From Candidatus Nealsonbacteria bacterium (lineage in GTDB: Bacteria > Patescibacteriota > Minisyncoccia > Minisyncoccales > PWPS01), in the NCBI GenBank assembly GCA_003551425.1, contig PUMP01000048.1, positions 2,825 through 66,824 on the forward strand: a DNA stretch of 64,000 nt, written 5' to 3'. The notes beneath the pieces are model-generated. The model worked only from the letters and a program-made list of their open reading frames with translations, had not been told where the DNA came from and did no database searches. Of the stretch, positions 36,502-46,236 are shown piece after piece. Numbering within the stretch: position 1 is the first letter of the stretch; each line of letters begins with the position of its first letter. The translations under genes were made by a program, and so were the position numbers.

Positions 36502-37100
36502 GAATTAAAAATAAAAGAGTTATAATTGTTTCGGGTGAAAGAAGGAGGGAAGCGGCCCAAGTAATTAATTTTGTTCTAAAACAAAAATATTCTGTTCTTT
36601 GGATTAAAGGTTTTCCGGGATTTTTTCAATTTCTTTCTGCGTTACGGAAAGAGGTAATTATCATTGAAGACGATCTAAGTCTTGATCCCCAAAAGCTTAA
36701 GGGTATTATTTCCAAAAACTCACTTCTCTTGGTTACGGAAATAAAAAGCAAAACGAGGATAAAAAAAATTCTTGCGGCATTTCCTTCCAAAGGGTTTTTG
36801 GTAATGGACTTTTCAATAGCGAGAAGATTAAAAGGAAAAAGCTTTAAAAGACTCTTTACTTTTGGAATCGAAAGAAAGAAAGCGGATTTTTATGTTAGTA
36901 ATATCAGCAAAGGAGAAGAAGAAACCAATTTTAAGGTTAACTATAAAGGAAATATTATTCCTTTTTGGACAAAAGGACAATTAAGTGAAAAAGAAGTTTA
37001 CGGCATTCTTTCCGCTCTCTGTGTGGGAGAAATCTTTCGTATTAATTTATCCGATATATCTCAAAGAATAAGAGATAGTTTTTACTTTACAGAGAGGTAA
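36498..37100 (+). CDS. degenerate Mur ligase (MurF-like) remnant lacking P-loop and C-terminal domain
   Basis: Collinear with the MurF central domain: KRVIIVSGERRREAAQVINFVL matches kviGiTGSnGKTTTkemla.iL, but the P-loop is destroyed. LFTFGIERKKADFYVSNI...G.LSEKEVYGILSALCVGEIFRI matches vfTFG...ADv.a.ni...G.hnv.NalaA.a.al. The ORF ends before the C-terminal domain. Confidence 0.5.
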   Translation: MRIKNKRVIIVSGERRREAAQVINFVLKQKYSVLWIKGFPGFFQFLSALRKEVIIIEDDLSLDPQKLKGIISKNSLLLVTEIKSKTRIKKILAAFPSKGFLVMDFSIARRLKGKSFKRLFTFGIERKKADFYVSNISKGEEETNFKVNYKGNIIPFWTKGQLSEKEVYGILSALCVGEIFRINLSDISQRIRDSFYFTER

Positions 37101-37125
37101 AATTTTGTTACTATCTTCTAAGTAA

Positions 37126-37201
37126 GGCCCCATCGTCTAGTGGCTTAGGACGCCGGGTTCTCAGTCCGGTAACACGGGTTCAAATCCCGTTGGGGTCACC
37201 A
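37126..37201 (+). tRNA. tRNA-Glu (anticodon CUC)
   Basis: Resembles bacterial tRNA-Glu (GGCCCCATCGTCTAGTGGCTTAGGAC...GGTTCAAATCC...CCA). Anticodon loop is TTCTCAG. Confidence 0.8.
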
Positions 37202-37220
37202 AAGTAAATTTAAAGAAATA

Positions 37221-38327
37221 ATGAAAATTTTATACGGGATTTCGATTCTTGCAGGGACAATAATCGGAGCGGGTCTTTTTTCGTTACCTTATATAACTTC
37301 TATAGTAGGTATCCAAATAATGATTGGATACTTAATTGTTTTAGGAATAGTTGCTATTTTAGTTCATTATTTTCTTGGAGAGATTAGCCTTAAGACTCCT
37401 GATTTTTTGCGTTTGCCCGGATTTGCCAAATATCACTTAGGGAAAAATGCCGAGAAGATAGCTTATGTATCCGGAATACTGGGCCTAATAGGAGCTATTC
37501 TTGCTTATTTAATTTTGGGAGGTGAATTTTTGAATGCGCTTCTTTCTCCTCTTTTTGGAGGAGAGATGATTCATTATCTGGTTTTTTATTTTGTTTTTTC
37601 TTCTCTTTTTGTTTATTCCGGTATAAAAGCAATTTCTAAAGTGGAGTTTTGGGGAATTATAGCCTTCGTTGTGTTGCTTCTTTTAGTTTTTTCCAAAGGC
37701 TTCTCTCATATATCTCTGGAAAATATAATTTTTACAAGAGAAGATTCCTTTGATTTTTTTCTTCCTTACGGAGCAGTGCTTTTTGCTCTTTGGGGCGGAG
37801 CGCTGGTGCCGGAGATAGAGGAGTTGCTTAGGGGGCAGAAAGAAAAGCTTCGCCTGGTTATTCCTTTGGGGTTACTGGTCTCTATTTTAATATCTTTCTT
37901 TTTCATTGTAGTTATCTTGGGAATTACCGGAGGAAATACTACGAAAGAAGCTTTAGTGGGTCTTGAGAATTATTTAGGTGACGGGATAACCAGCCTTATG
38001 CTTATTTTCGGATTACTTGTCACTTTTACTTCTCTTGTAACTATTGGCCTTACTGTAAAAAAGATATTTTGGTATGACTTAAAAATGCCTCATCACCTTT
38101 CATGGATAATTACTTGTTTTACACCTCTTTTTCTTTTTCTGCTCGGAGCAAGAGATTTTATTGTGGTTATTGGAATTGCGGGAGCGGTTATGATCGCCAT
38201 AGACGCCATTTTGATTTCTTTAATGTATGAAAAAATAAAATCAAAAAAGGTCAGGCTTATTACTTACCCTTTAATTGTACTTTTCTTTCTTGGTATTATT
38301 TATGAAATAGTTTATTTTATAAGGTAA
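37221..38327 (+). CDS. amino-acid permease-like transporter (APC/aromatic amino acid permease superfamily)
   Basis: About 11 TM helices. N-terminal GTIIGAGLFSLPY is typical of Trp/Tyr-permease and APC families. Confidence 0.55.
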   Translation: MKILYGISILAGTIIGAGLFSLPYITSIVGIQIMIGYLIVLGIVAILVHYFLGEISLKTPDFLRLPGFAKYHLGKNAEKIAYVSGILGLIGAILAYLILGGEFLNALLSPLFGGEMIHYLVFYFVFSSLFVYSGIKAISKVEFWGIIAFVVLLLLVFSKGFSHISLENIIFTREDSFDFFLPYGAVLFALWGGALVPEIEELLRGQKEKLRLVIPLGLLVSILISFFFIVVILGITGGNTTKEALVGLENYLGDGITSLMLIFGLLVTFTSLVTIGLTVKKIFWYDLKMPHHLSWIITCFTPLFLFLLGARDFIVVIGIAGAVMIAIDAILISLMYEKIKSKKVRLITYPLIVLFFLGIIYEIVYFIR

Positions 38328-39262
38328 TGATTTTTTTATATATCGCCATTTTCATTTTTTCCTGCCTTTTGATTATTTTATCCAGCAGATGGGTAATCGA
38401 TGCGCTTTACAGATTAACTGTTCGATTAAAATGGAAAGAGTTTGTGGTTGCTTTCTTTACTGTCTCCATAGGAGCCGTGCTCCCGGAACTTTTTATTGGT
38501 ATTCGATCGGCATTAAAAGGGGTTCCGGAGATGGCCTTTGGAAGTATTATAGGACAGAATATAGTTTTATTTACTTTGTCTGTTGCCATTTGCACCTTTA
38601 TTCTTCATGAAATAAAAGTGGAAAGCAGGACGGTACGAGCAGGAACAACTTTTGCTCTGTGTTCTGTTATTTTGCCCTTTATTTTTCTCTTAAACGGAGA
38701 GATTAGCCGCTTTAACGGAGTTATTCTTATTGCCTTTTGTTTTTTATATATTTATTGGATGTTTTCGGAAAGAGACCGTTTTTTGAAGCCTTGCGGAGAG
38801 CTTTTAACCGAAAGCTCGTTATTGAAAGATATCGGTATTATTTTTTCCGGACTTTTACTTGTTGTTGTCTCTGCGGAAGGTATTGTTTTTACCGCCCAAA
38901 GCTTTAGCGAAACTTTGAATATTCCCATTGTTCTTTTCGGTGTTTTTGCGGTAGGACTGGGAGTTGCTCTTCCGGAAACCTTTTTTTCTGCGATGCTTGC
39001 TCGAAAAGGGCAGTCGTGGATGATATTGGGAGGATTAATGGGAGCGGTCGCTTTGTCTTCAACGCTGGTTTTAGGGATAGTTGCGCTTATTAGTCCTATC
39101 AAGATAGATTATTTTTCTCCACTTGCGATTCTTTTCCTCATTGTAGGAGGGGTTTTCCTCCTTTTCTTTGTTCGTACCAATAATAAAATAACAAAGAAAG
39201 AGGCAGGGGTTCTTCTTTTAATTTATTTTCTTTTTCTTTTCTTTGAATATATGGCACTTTGA
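38327..39262 (+). CDS. CaCA-family cation/Ca2+ exchanger paralogue
   Basis: Alpha-repeats GAVLPELFIGI...FGSIIGQNIVLF and GVALPETFFSA..; collinear with the gene at 28357. Confidence 0.7.
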   Translation: MIFLYIAIFIFSCLLIILSSRWVIDALYRLTVRLKWKEFVVAFFTVSIGAVLPELFIGIRSALKGVPEMAFGSIIGQNIVLFTLSVAICTFILHEIKVESRTVRAGTTFALCSVILPFIFLLNGEISRFNGVILIAFCFLYIYWMFSERDRFLKPCGELLTESSLLKDIGIIFSGLLLVVVSAEGIVFTAQSFSETLNIPIVLFGVFAVGLGVALPETFFSAMLARKGQSWMILGGLMGAVALSSTLVLGIVALISPIKIDYFSPLAILFLIVGGVFLLFFVRTNNKITKKEAGVLLLIYFLFLFFEYMAL

Positions 39263-39321
39263 GGTTTCTTTGATATAATAAACTAAAGGTCGTTATTGTT
39301 AAAATAAGTGCTTATATATAA

Positions 39322-39567
39322 ATGGAAAAACAAATAGGCGAAGTCTCTCATTTTTTCGGAAATATCGGAGTTGCAATTATTGATCTTTCGGAGGAACTGG
39401 AAATAGGAGATAAAATAAGATTCTTGGGAGGGGAGACGGACTTTGAGCAGGAGGTTAAATCGATGGAAATAGATCATGAGAAAGTGGATAGAGCTTCCCG
39501 TGGAAGTTCGGTAGGAATAAAGACGAAGGAAAAAGTGAGAGAAGGCTATAAAGTTTATAAGGTTTAG
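39322..39567 (+). CDS. small protein, possibly translation-factor beta-barrel (EF-Tu domain 2-like)
   Basis: 81 aa; G.IGVA.I.L...L..GD.I.F.G pattern. Weak. Confidence 0.3.
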   Translation: MEKQIGEVSHFFGNIGVAIIDLSEELEIGDKIRFLGGETDFEQEVKSMEIDHEKVDRASRGSSVGIKTKEKVREGYKVYKV

Positions 39568-39653
39568 CTTTTTATTTCAGCTTACTAAAAGACACATGAA
39601 AAATGTGTAAGTATTTGATATTTTTATTTTTTAGTGTTATTATATAGTGTCTT

Positions 39654-40610
39654 ATGACAGAAATTTTGTTTGTAATTGTCCTTTTTTCATTTCTTTTCGT
39701 TACTTTATTTTTTTTGCGTAGAGAAAGCCTTGAAACAGAGCGCAGATTAACCGAAGTAATAAACAGAGAACTCAAAGAAATAAGAGGGAATGTAGACTTT
39801 ACTTCTAAAACCATGAATGAGCAGATCTCTTCTTTTACGAAAGAAACGGTCGGTATTAGGCAAGAGATGGAAGGAGTACAAGAAGCGATAAAAGGAATCT
39901 CTTCTTTTCAAGAGTTTTTTCGCGCTCCTAAGGTAAGAGGGAAGTGGGGAGAAGCAAACCTTAAGCACTTGCTTCAGGAATATTTTCCCGAAGAGCTTTA
40001 CTCTACTCAGTATCGTTTTTCTTCCGGAGAAACAGTTGATGCCGTGTTAAAGCTTCCCAATAAAAAAATTCTTCCCATTGATGCCAAGTTTCCTTTTGAT
40101 AATTTTCGAAAAATGATTGAAACGGAAGAGGAGAAAGATATTTACCGTAAAAAGTTTCTGGAAGATGTAAAGCATAGAATTCGAGAAATTTCGGAAAAGT
40201 ACATTATTCCATCGGAAGAAACGGTTGATTTTGCAATAATGTATATTCCCGCCGAAGCGGTTTATTACGAAATAAATATGAGTCGTGATATTGACGTTGC
40301 GGAATATGCCCGTTCACGTAAAATCATTCTTTCTTCGCCCAATACTTTTTATCTTACTTTGCGTGCCGTAGAGCAATGGTTTCGGGATACGCAAATTACC
40401 ACCAAAGCTCATGAAGTAATGAAAAGATTATTGCGTGTTGAAAAAGACGGAGAGGTCCTTGCTAATGAGTTTCGTAAAATGGGCCTTCACTTAAAAAATA
40501 CCGTAACTTCATACAAAGCATCAAGAAAAAGAGTTTCTTTGTTTGAAAGAAGAGTGAAAGGAGTTTTAAAAGATAATAAAATAACTACTCCGAAAAAGAA
40601 GGAAGATTAA
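39654..40610 (+). CDS. rmuC: DNA recombination protein RmuC
   Basis: N-terminal TM and coiled coil, then the RmuC core (RGKWGE..L..LL, PIDAKFP, IMYIPAEAVYYE, SSPNTFYLTLRAV). Confidence 0.85.
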   Translation: MTEILFVIVLFSFLFVTLFFLRRESLETERRLTEVINRELKEIRGNVDFTSKTMNEQISSFTKETVGIRQEMEGVQEAIKGISSFQEFFRAPKVRGKWGEANLKHLLQEYFPEELYSTQYRFSSGETVDAVLKLPNKKILPIDAKFPFDNFRKMIETEEEKDIYRKKFLEDVKHRIREISEKYIIPSEETVDFAIMYIPAEAVYYEINMSRDIDVAEYARSRKIILSSPNTFYLTLRAVEQWFRDTQITTKAHEVMKRLLRVEKDGEVLANEFRKMGLHLKNTVTSYKASRKRVSLFERRVKGVLKDNKITTPKKKED

Positions 40611-40626
40611 TTTTTCGGTGAAAAAG

Positions 40627-40953
40627 ATGATAGCAGTAATACATACCGGAGGAAAGCAATATCTTGTTTCTCCCGGGGATAAAATAAAAATTGAAAAAAT
40701 AGAAGAAAAAGAGGGAAGCCAGGTAAGCTTTGACAAGGTTCTTCTTTTTGAGGACGATAAGGGTATCGTAAGCCTTGGTACTCCTTATCTTGAAGGAGCC
40801 GAAGTGAAAGGGAAGGTTTTACGCGAAGGAAGAGACGAGAAAAAGATAGTGTTTAAGTATAAGCCTAAAAAAAGATACAAAGTAAAAAAGGGACACAGAC
40901 AACCATTTACAGAGGTTGAAATAAAAGAGATTAACGTTAAAAAAAGTAAATAG
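40627..40953 (+). CDS. rplU: 50S ribosomal protein L21
   Basis: MIAVIHTGGKQY.V..GD is the L21 N-terminus. Confidence 0.85.
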   Translation: MIAVIHTGGKQYLVSPGDKIKIEKIEEKEGSQVSFDKVLLFEDDKGIVSLGTPYLEGAEVKGKVLREGRDEKKIVFKYKPKKRYKVKKGHRQPFTEVEIKEINVKKSK

Positions 40954-40961
40954 AACTTTTG

Positions 40962-41573
40962 TTACTTTCTTTCTCTAAGCGCTGAGCTGAGAGTCTCTTC
41001 ATCCGCATATTCCAACTCGCTTCCGGTAGAAAGTCCTCTTCTCGGGCGAGTTATTTTTATTTTTAACGGTTCTAAAGCGCGCATTAAGTAAAGCGCTGTC
41101 GCCTCTCCTTCCGTATTTTGATTGGTAGCGATGATCACTTCTTTTATTGAAGGAAGATGAAAGGACTTCGGATTTGATATTCTTTCTTTTAATTCCTTTA
41201 TTCTAATATTTCTAATCTCTTCTTTTTTTAAAGTGGAAACGGTTCCTCCGAGGATAAAATAAATGCCGTTATATTCTTTTATCTTTTCTATAGAGAAAAG
41301 ATCTACCTCTTTTTCTACTACACAAATAATACTTTTATCTCTCTTTTTGTCTTTGCATATGGAGCAAAACTCATCCTTCCCTTGAAAGGAATGGAAGCAG
41401 AGCTTGCATTTTTTTACCGATTCTTGCACCTCTCGCAAAGCGGAAATAATCTCTTCTATTTTTTCCGAAGATAGGCTGGAACAATAAAAGGCGAACCTGG
41501 TTGCTGTTCGCGGACCTACCGTAGGAAAGCGAGTGAAAAGATTAATTAATTTTTCTATTGCCGGCGGGTACAT
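40962..41573 (-). CDS. recR: recombination protein RecR
   Basis: FPTVGPRTA..FAFY, a C4 zinc finger (C.LC...Q....C.IC), and the Toprim domain. Confidence 0.9.
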   Translation of the reverse strand: MYPPAIEKLINLFTRFPTVGPRTATRFAFYCSSLSSEKIEEIISALREVQESVKKCKLCFHSFQGKDEFCSICKDKKRDKSIICVVEKEVDLFSIEKIKEYNGIYFILGGTVSTLKKEEIRNIRIKELKERISNPKSFHLPSIKEVIIATNQNTEGEATALYLMRALEPLKIKITRPRRGLSTGSELEYADEETLSSALRERK

Positions 41574-42919
41574 TAGTGGCTTTTATCTAAATTTTTAAAA
41601 GAAGCGGTGTTTTCGTCAAAGTAAAGCTCAATTTTGCCGATAGGACCGTTACGATGTTTGGCGACGATAATATCCGCAACATTTTTCCTCGAAGTATCTT
41701 GGCGATAGTAATCTTCACGGTAGATAAACATTACTACATCAGCATCTTGTTCCAATGCACCGGTTTCTCTAAGATCGGAGAGCCTTGGGACTTGCGGGGT
41801 TCTTTGTTCGACAGCACGAGAGAGCTGGGAAAGAGCGAGAACCGGAACGTTTAATTCTTTAGCCAGTGATTTTAGTTCCCGAGATATCTCTGTCATTTGC
41901 TGCACCATGGAAGGGCTTTGCGAGCGCGGTTGCATTAACTGAAGGTAATCTATAATGATTAATCCCAATCCTTTCTCGGCTTGCAGTCTTCGAGCCATAG
42001 TGCGCATCTGCATAACATTAAAGGAGCTTGCGTCGTCAATATAGATGGGAGCGTTTGCAAGATTCTCAAAAGACTCTCTGATTTTTGTAAAATCATTATT
42101 TTCGCCTTGTTTTTTCAAATTTCCAGTACGGAGTTTCCACAAATTTATTCCGGATATGTCGGCGATAAGGCGGTCCACTATTTGATCAACGGACATTTCC
42201 AAGCTGAATATCCCTACCGGAGTGTTGTTGTTTAAAGCTACATTTTTTGCGATATTGGATGCGAATCCACTTTTTCCCATGCTCGGTCTTGCTGCAAGAA
42301 TTATCAGATCGGAGTTTTGTAAACCGGAGAGAATATTGTCCAGGTCAAAGAAGCCCGTAGGAACGCCCCTTGCTTTTCCCTCTTCATTAGAGAGCTTTTC
42401 TATTCTACCAAAAGCATCTTCCAAGGTTTCTTTAATGGGAATAAAGTTCTTTTGAAAGGAGTTATGCGTAATGCTGAAGATTCTTTTTTCCGCTTCGTCG
42501 AGAAGAATATCAACATCTTTTTTTTCGTCGTAAGCGGAGATACTTATTTCCTGTCCGGAGTTTATAAGGTCCCGGAGGACGCGCTTTCGACGGACAATAT
42601 TAGCGTAGTCGACTACGTGACTTGCGGTAGGAACGGAGTTTACCAGAGTGGTAAGGTAGCTTTTACCGCCTATCTCTTCCAGAAGTTTTTTCTCTTGAAG
42701 GCGAGTGGATACGGATAAAAGATCAATTGCATCTTTACGGTTAAAGAGTTCGGTTATAGCTTCGTAGATATCATGATGTGACTTTTTATAAAAATCTCTT
42801 GCATTTAAAAAATCGGCAATCCTGTAAATTGCGTCCGCGTCTATCATAAGGGATCCCAGCAGAGATTGTTCTGCTTCAATATTTTGAGGAGGAAGTTTTT
42901 CGATGTTTTCTTGAGACAT
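41573..42919 (-). CDS. dnaB: replicative DNA helicase DnaB
   Basis: LPPQNIEAEQSLLGSLM N-terminus, Walker A ARPSMGKS, IIIDYLQLM, and the RecA-like fold. Confidence 0.9.
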   Translation of the reverse strand: MSQENIEKLPPQNIEAEQSLLGSLMIDADAIYRIADFLNARDFYKKSHHDIYEAITELFNRKDAIDLLSVSTRLQEKKLLEEIGGKSYLTTLVNSVPTASHVVDYANIVRRKRVLRDLINSGQEISISAYDEKKDVDILLDEAEKRIFSITHNSFQKNFIPIKETLEDAFGRIEKLSNEEGKARGVPTGFFDLDNILSGLQNSDLIILAARPSMGKSGFASNIAKNVALNNNTPVGIFSLEMSVDQIVDRLIADISGINLWKLRTGNLKKQGENNDFTKIRESFENLANAPIYIDDASSFNVMQMRTMARRLQAEKGLGLIIIDYLQLMQPRSQSPSMVQQMTEISRELKSLAKELNVPVLALSQLSRAVEQRTPQVPRLSDLRETGALEQDADVVMFIYREDYYRQDTSRKNVADIIVAKHRNGPIGKIELYFDENTASFKNLDKSH

Positions 42920-44301
42920 TATTTCTTTTTTATTTTATACCCTTGTTTTGTGTCTTCTATTTTGTAACCTTTATCTTCAATCTTTTTTCTTATTTCATCA
43001 GCTTTCCGAAAATCTTGTTTTTCCTTCGCTTGCTTTCTTTCTTCTACCAGTTTTTTTAAATCTTCGTCCATTAAATAACTATCTACGGAATGATACAATC
43101 TTTCTTCTTTGGGAGCGAGAATGAAGCCGAAGATAGAGTCCAGTTCTTTTAAGAAACTTTTAACTTCTTTTTTGTTTATTTCTTCCATTTTTAAGCTTGC
43201 CTTGGAGATGAAAGAAAAGAGCGAAGCGATCGCAACGGGCGTGTTAAAGTCATCTTGCAGCGCTTCGTTAATTTTCTTTCTGTACTCTTCTATGAGCTCT
43301 TTATTTTCGGAGGTGCTTTCTTTTTCTTCTACAAAGCAGACAAATTGATCTATTTTTCTCAGCTCTTGCTCGATCTGCTTTATTTTGTTTTCTTCGTAAT
43401 CAATCGCTGAGCGGTAATGGGATTTTAATACTAAGAATCTTAATATCCTTGGGGAGTGATTTTTAATGAATTCTCTGATAGTGATAAAGTTACCGAGAGA
43501 TTTAGACATCTTCTCTCCTTTTACGGTTAGAAATCCGGTATGTATCCAGTGCCTTACAAAGGGCTTTTTCCCCGATATTGCTTCCATTAAGGCTATTTCC
43601 GCTTCGTGATGGGGGAACATAAGGTCTCTTGCTCCTCCGTGTATGTCGTACTGCATTCCGAAGTATTTTTCGGAGATGGCGGTGTCTTCAATGTGCCATC
43701 CCGGCCTTCCTTCTCCCCACGGACTTTTCCATTTTGGCTCGTCTTCTTTTGAGAACTTCCAAATGCAAAAATCTCCTTTGTTTTTTTTCTTAACACTTTC
43801 GTCAATTCTTGATGTTCCGTCTTCCGCCTGTTTGGTCGTTCTTTTGGAAAGCTTCCCGTATTCCTTGAATTTGGAGATATTGTAATATATTCCGTCGTCG
43901 GCAAGATAAGCGAAGTCTTTTTCAAGCAGTCTTTTTGTTTGGCTGATAATCTCTTCAATGTGCTCGGTTGCGCGAGCATATTTATCGATACTGTCTATTT
44001 TTAAATCCTTGCTGTCGTGGAGATACTCTTCTTCAAACTTTTTAGCGAGAACAAAACTTGATTTTTTTTCTTCCAGAGCTCTTTTTATGATCTTGTCGTC
44101 GATATCGGTAATGTTTTGCAGATAAAACACTTCATATTTTAGGCTGCGTAAGTACTTAACGAAGGAATCGAAGAAAACATAGGTTCTGGCGTGTCCGATA
44201 TGCGCGTAATCGTAAACGGTTGGCCCGCAAACAAAAAAATTAATCTTTTTATCGGTTAAAGAATCTTTTTCTTGAGAAAGCGTGTTATACATCTTGACCA
44301 T
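42919..44301 (-). CDS. cysS: cysteine--tRNA ligase
   Basis: HIGH motif (AHIGHARTY) and KMSKS. Start set at an internal Met; the ORF extends to 44337. Confidence 0.88.
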   Translation of the reverse strand: MVKMYNTLSQEKDSLTDKKINFFVCGPTVYDYAHIGHARTYVFFDSFVKYLRSLKYEVFYLQNITDIDDKIIKRALEEKKSSFVLAKKFEEEYLHDSKDLKIDSIDKYARATEHIEEIISQTKRLLEKDFAYLADDGIYYNISKFKEYGKLSKRTTKQAEDGTSRIDESVKKKNKGDFCIWKFSKEDEPKWKSPWGEGRPGWHIEDTAISEKYFGMQYDIHGGARDLMFPHHEAEIALMEAISGKKPFVRHWIHTGFLTVKGEKMSKSLGNFITIREFIKNHSPRILRFLVLKSHYRSAIDYEENKIKQIEQELRKIDQFVCFVEEKESTSENKELIEEYRKKINEALQDDFNTPVAIASLFSFISKASLKMEEINKKEVKSFLKELDSIFGFILAPKEERLYHSVDSYLMDEDLKKLVEERKQAKEKQDFRKADEIRKKIEDKGYKIEDTKQGYKIKKK

Positions 44302-44377
44302 ATAACGATATTTTACCACAATAACGAAGAAAGACAAACTTTGAACTTAGGTCCGTTTTGAGCTATACTAATCTTGT

Positions 44378-44953
44378 ATGACAGCCGAAATACAAACTTT
44401 CTTTGCCGCCATGGTGCCTTTCTTGGAATTGAGAGCGGCAATTCCCGTAGCGATATTAGTCTACGGAATGAGCCCTTCTGCCGCTTATTTCTGGGCCGTT
44501 TTGGGGAATATCATTCCGATTTTTATTATCCTAGCTTTCTTGGAGCCGGTTTCTTTATGGCTCTCCCGTAATTTTTCTTTTATGCGGCGTTTCTTTGATT
44601 ATCTGTTTGAGAAAACAAGACGAAAGCATACCGGTAGAGTGGGTAAGTACGGATTTCTTGCCCTCTTCCTGTTTACGGCTATTCCTCTTCCCGTTTCCGG
44701 AGCTTGGACGGCATCGCTTGTTGTTTTTCTTTTCGGGTTACCTTACTTAAAGTCGGTTATTTCCATCATTTCGGGAGTACTTCTTGCCGGAGTTGTCGTA
44801 ACTTTTATCACTCAAGCCGGGATAAGTGTTAAAGACAGTTACGGAGTGCAGGTTATGGGAGGATTTCTTCTCCTTGTTTTATTTATTTATTTTGTTTATT
44901 ATCGAAGGAGGGTTAATTATAAAAAAGATGTCCGAAATAGCGCTTTATCGTAA
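44378..44953 (+). CDS. small membrane protein of the 'putative small multidrug export' family (COG2426-like)
   Basis: PFLELRAAIPVAIL is the hallmark of that family; 4 TM helices. Confidence 0.55.
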   Translation: MTAEIQTFFAAMVPFLELRAAIPVAILVYGMSPSAAYFWAVLGNIIPIFIILAFLEPVSLWLSRNFSFMRRFFDYLFEKTRRKHTGRVGKYGFLALFLFTAIPLPVSGAWTASLVVFLFGLPYLKSVISIISGVLLAGVVVTFITQAGISVKDSYGVQVMGGFLLLVLFIYFVYYRRRVNYKKDVRNSALS

Positions 44954-46058
44954 ATACAGGCCGCAGAAATTTTCCGAAGTAGTAGGGCAGGAGTATGTGG
45001 TAAAAATTCTGCTTAATGCCATCTCCTCCGGAAAGGTTTCTCATGCTTATCTTTTTTGCGGGCCGAGAGGTTGCGGGAAAACTACCGTGGCTCGTCTTTT
45101 AGCTAAAGCGGTAAACTGTGAAAAGAAAGACAACCCCGATCCTTGCAATAAATGTTCTTCTTGTCTTGAAATAAAGGAAGGAAATGCCGTAGATTTAACG
45201 GAGATTGACGCGGCGTCGCACAGGGGAATTGACGAAATAAGAGAGCTTCGGGACGGGATTCGTTTTTCACCCGCGAAGCTTGATTATAAGGTAATTATCT
45301 TGGACGAGGTTCATCAGCTTACCACAGGAGCTTTCAACGCTCTTTTAAAGATGTTAGAAGAGGCGCCGTCTCACGCTATTTTTATTCTCGCCACCACGCA
45401 GCCGCAAAAAGTTATTCCTACCATTATTTCCCGTTGTCAGCGTTTTGATTTTCGCAAAATCACTGTTCCGGAGATAGTGAAAAAATTAAAGAAAATTGCG
45501 AAAAAGGAAGGGTACGAAGCCGAAGACGAAGTACTAAAGCTGATTGCGGTAGCGGCGGGAGGAGCCCTTCGTGACGCGGAAAGCCTTTTGTCACAGATGA
45601 TGTCTTTTACTTTGAAAGGTGGGGTTATAAGGAAGGAGGACGTTAAGGATCTTTTGGGAGTAATGGAGAAAAAAGTAATGAGTGATTTTATAGACTCCCT
45701 TTTGCGTCGAGACTCCGAGGGCGCGATAAAGATTATGGATGAGGTTTTCTCCCACGGTACCGATCCGGAAGACTTTTATCAAAATTTAATACACTACTTA
45801 CGTGAAATGATGGTACTAAAAATTGTCTCCGGAAGGGAAGGGACGTTTTTAGAATCTTTAATGGCCACTTTCACAAAAGAAGAAATTAAAAAAATAGAAG
45901 AGCAAACTCAAAAGATCAACGAAGAAGGAATAAGAAGAATGATTGATGTTTTCCTTCAAGCGGGGGAGAAAATAAAGTATTCTCCCATTCCTCAACTTCC
46001 CCTTGAATTGGCGGTTACGGAGATAGCGGAGGGGTCCGATGTTACGGGAAAGGGTTGA
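44928..46058 (+). CDS. dnaX: DNA polymerase III subunit gamma/tau (short form)
   Basis: YRKYRPQ.F.EVVGQE, Walker A GPRGCGKTT, a Zn module (C..C..C), and SRC (ISRCQRF). Confidence 0.85.
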   Translation: MSEIALYRKYRPQKFSEVVGQEYVVKILLNAISSGKVSHAYLFCGPRGCGKTTVARLLAKAVNCEKKDNPDPCNKCSSCLEIKEGNAVDLTEIDAASHRGIDEIRELRDGIRFSPAKLDYKVIILDEVHQLTTGAFNALLKMLEEAPSHAIFILATTQPQKVIPTIISRCQRFDFRKITVPEIVKKLKKIAKKEGYEAEDEVLKLIAVAAGGALRDAESLLSQMMSFTLKGGVIRKEDVKDLLGVMEKKVMSDFIDSLLRRDSEGAIKIMDEVFSHGTDPEDFYQNLIHYLREMMVLKIVSGREGTFLESLMATFTKEEIKKIEEQTQKINEEGIRRMIDVFLQAGEKIKYSPIPQLPLELAVTEIAEGSDVTGKG

Positions 46059-46096
46059 AGAAAAGGCAAAAATAGATTATTATAGGCGGGAGTTAA

Positions 46097-46169
46097 TGCG
46101 GGATGGTGTAATTGGTAACACGCCACGCTTTGGACGTGGAGTTTCCAGGTTCGAGTCCTGGTCCCGCAG
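46097..46169 (+). tRNA. tRNA-Gln (anticodon UUG)
   Basis: Acceptor TGCGGGA/TCCCGCA, D-stem GTGT/ACAC, anticodon stem CCACG/CGTGG with loop CTTTGGA, T-arm CCAGG-TTCGAGT-CCTGG. Confidence 0.75.
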
Positions 46170-46188
46170 CAAAGGGTAAGAGCGAAAA

Positions 46189-46217
46189 TTCTCGATAGGC
46201 TATCGAGATTTTTTTTA
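46189..46217 (+). terminator. intrinsic terminator after tRNA-Gln
   Basis: CTCGATAggcTATCGAG followed by ATTTTTTTTAT. Confidence 0.6.
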
Positions 46218-46236
46218 TGTGTTATAATGAATAAAT

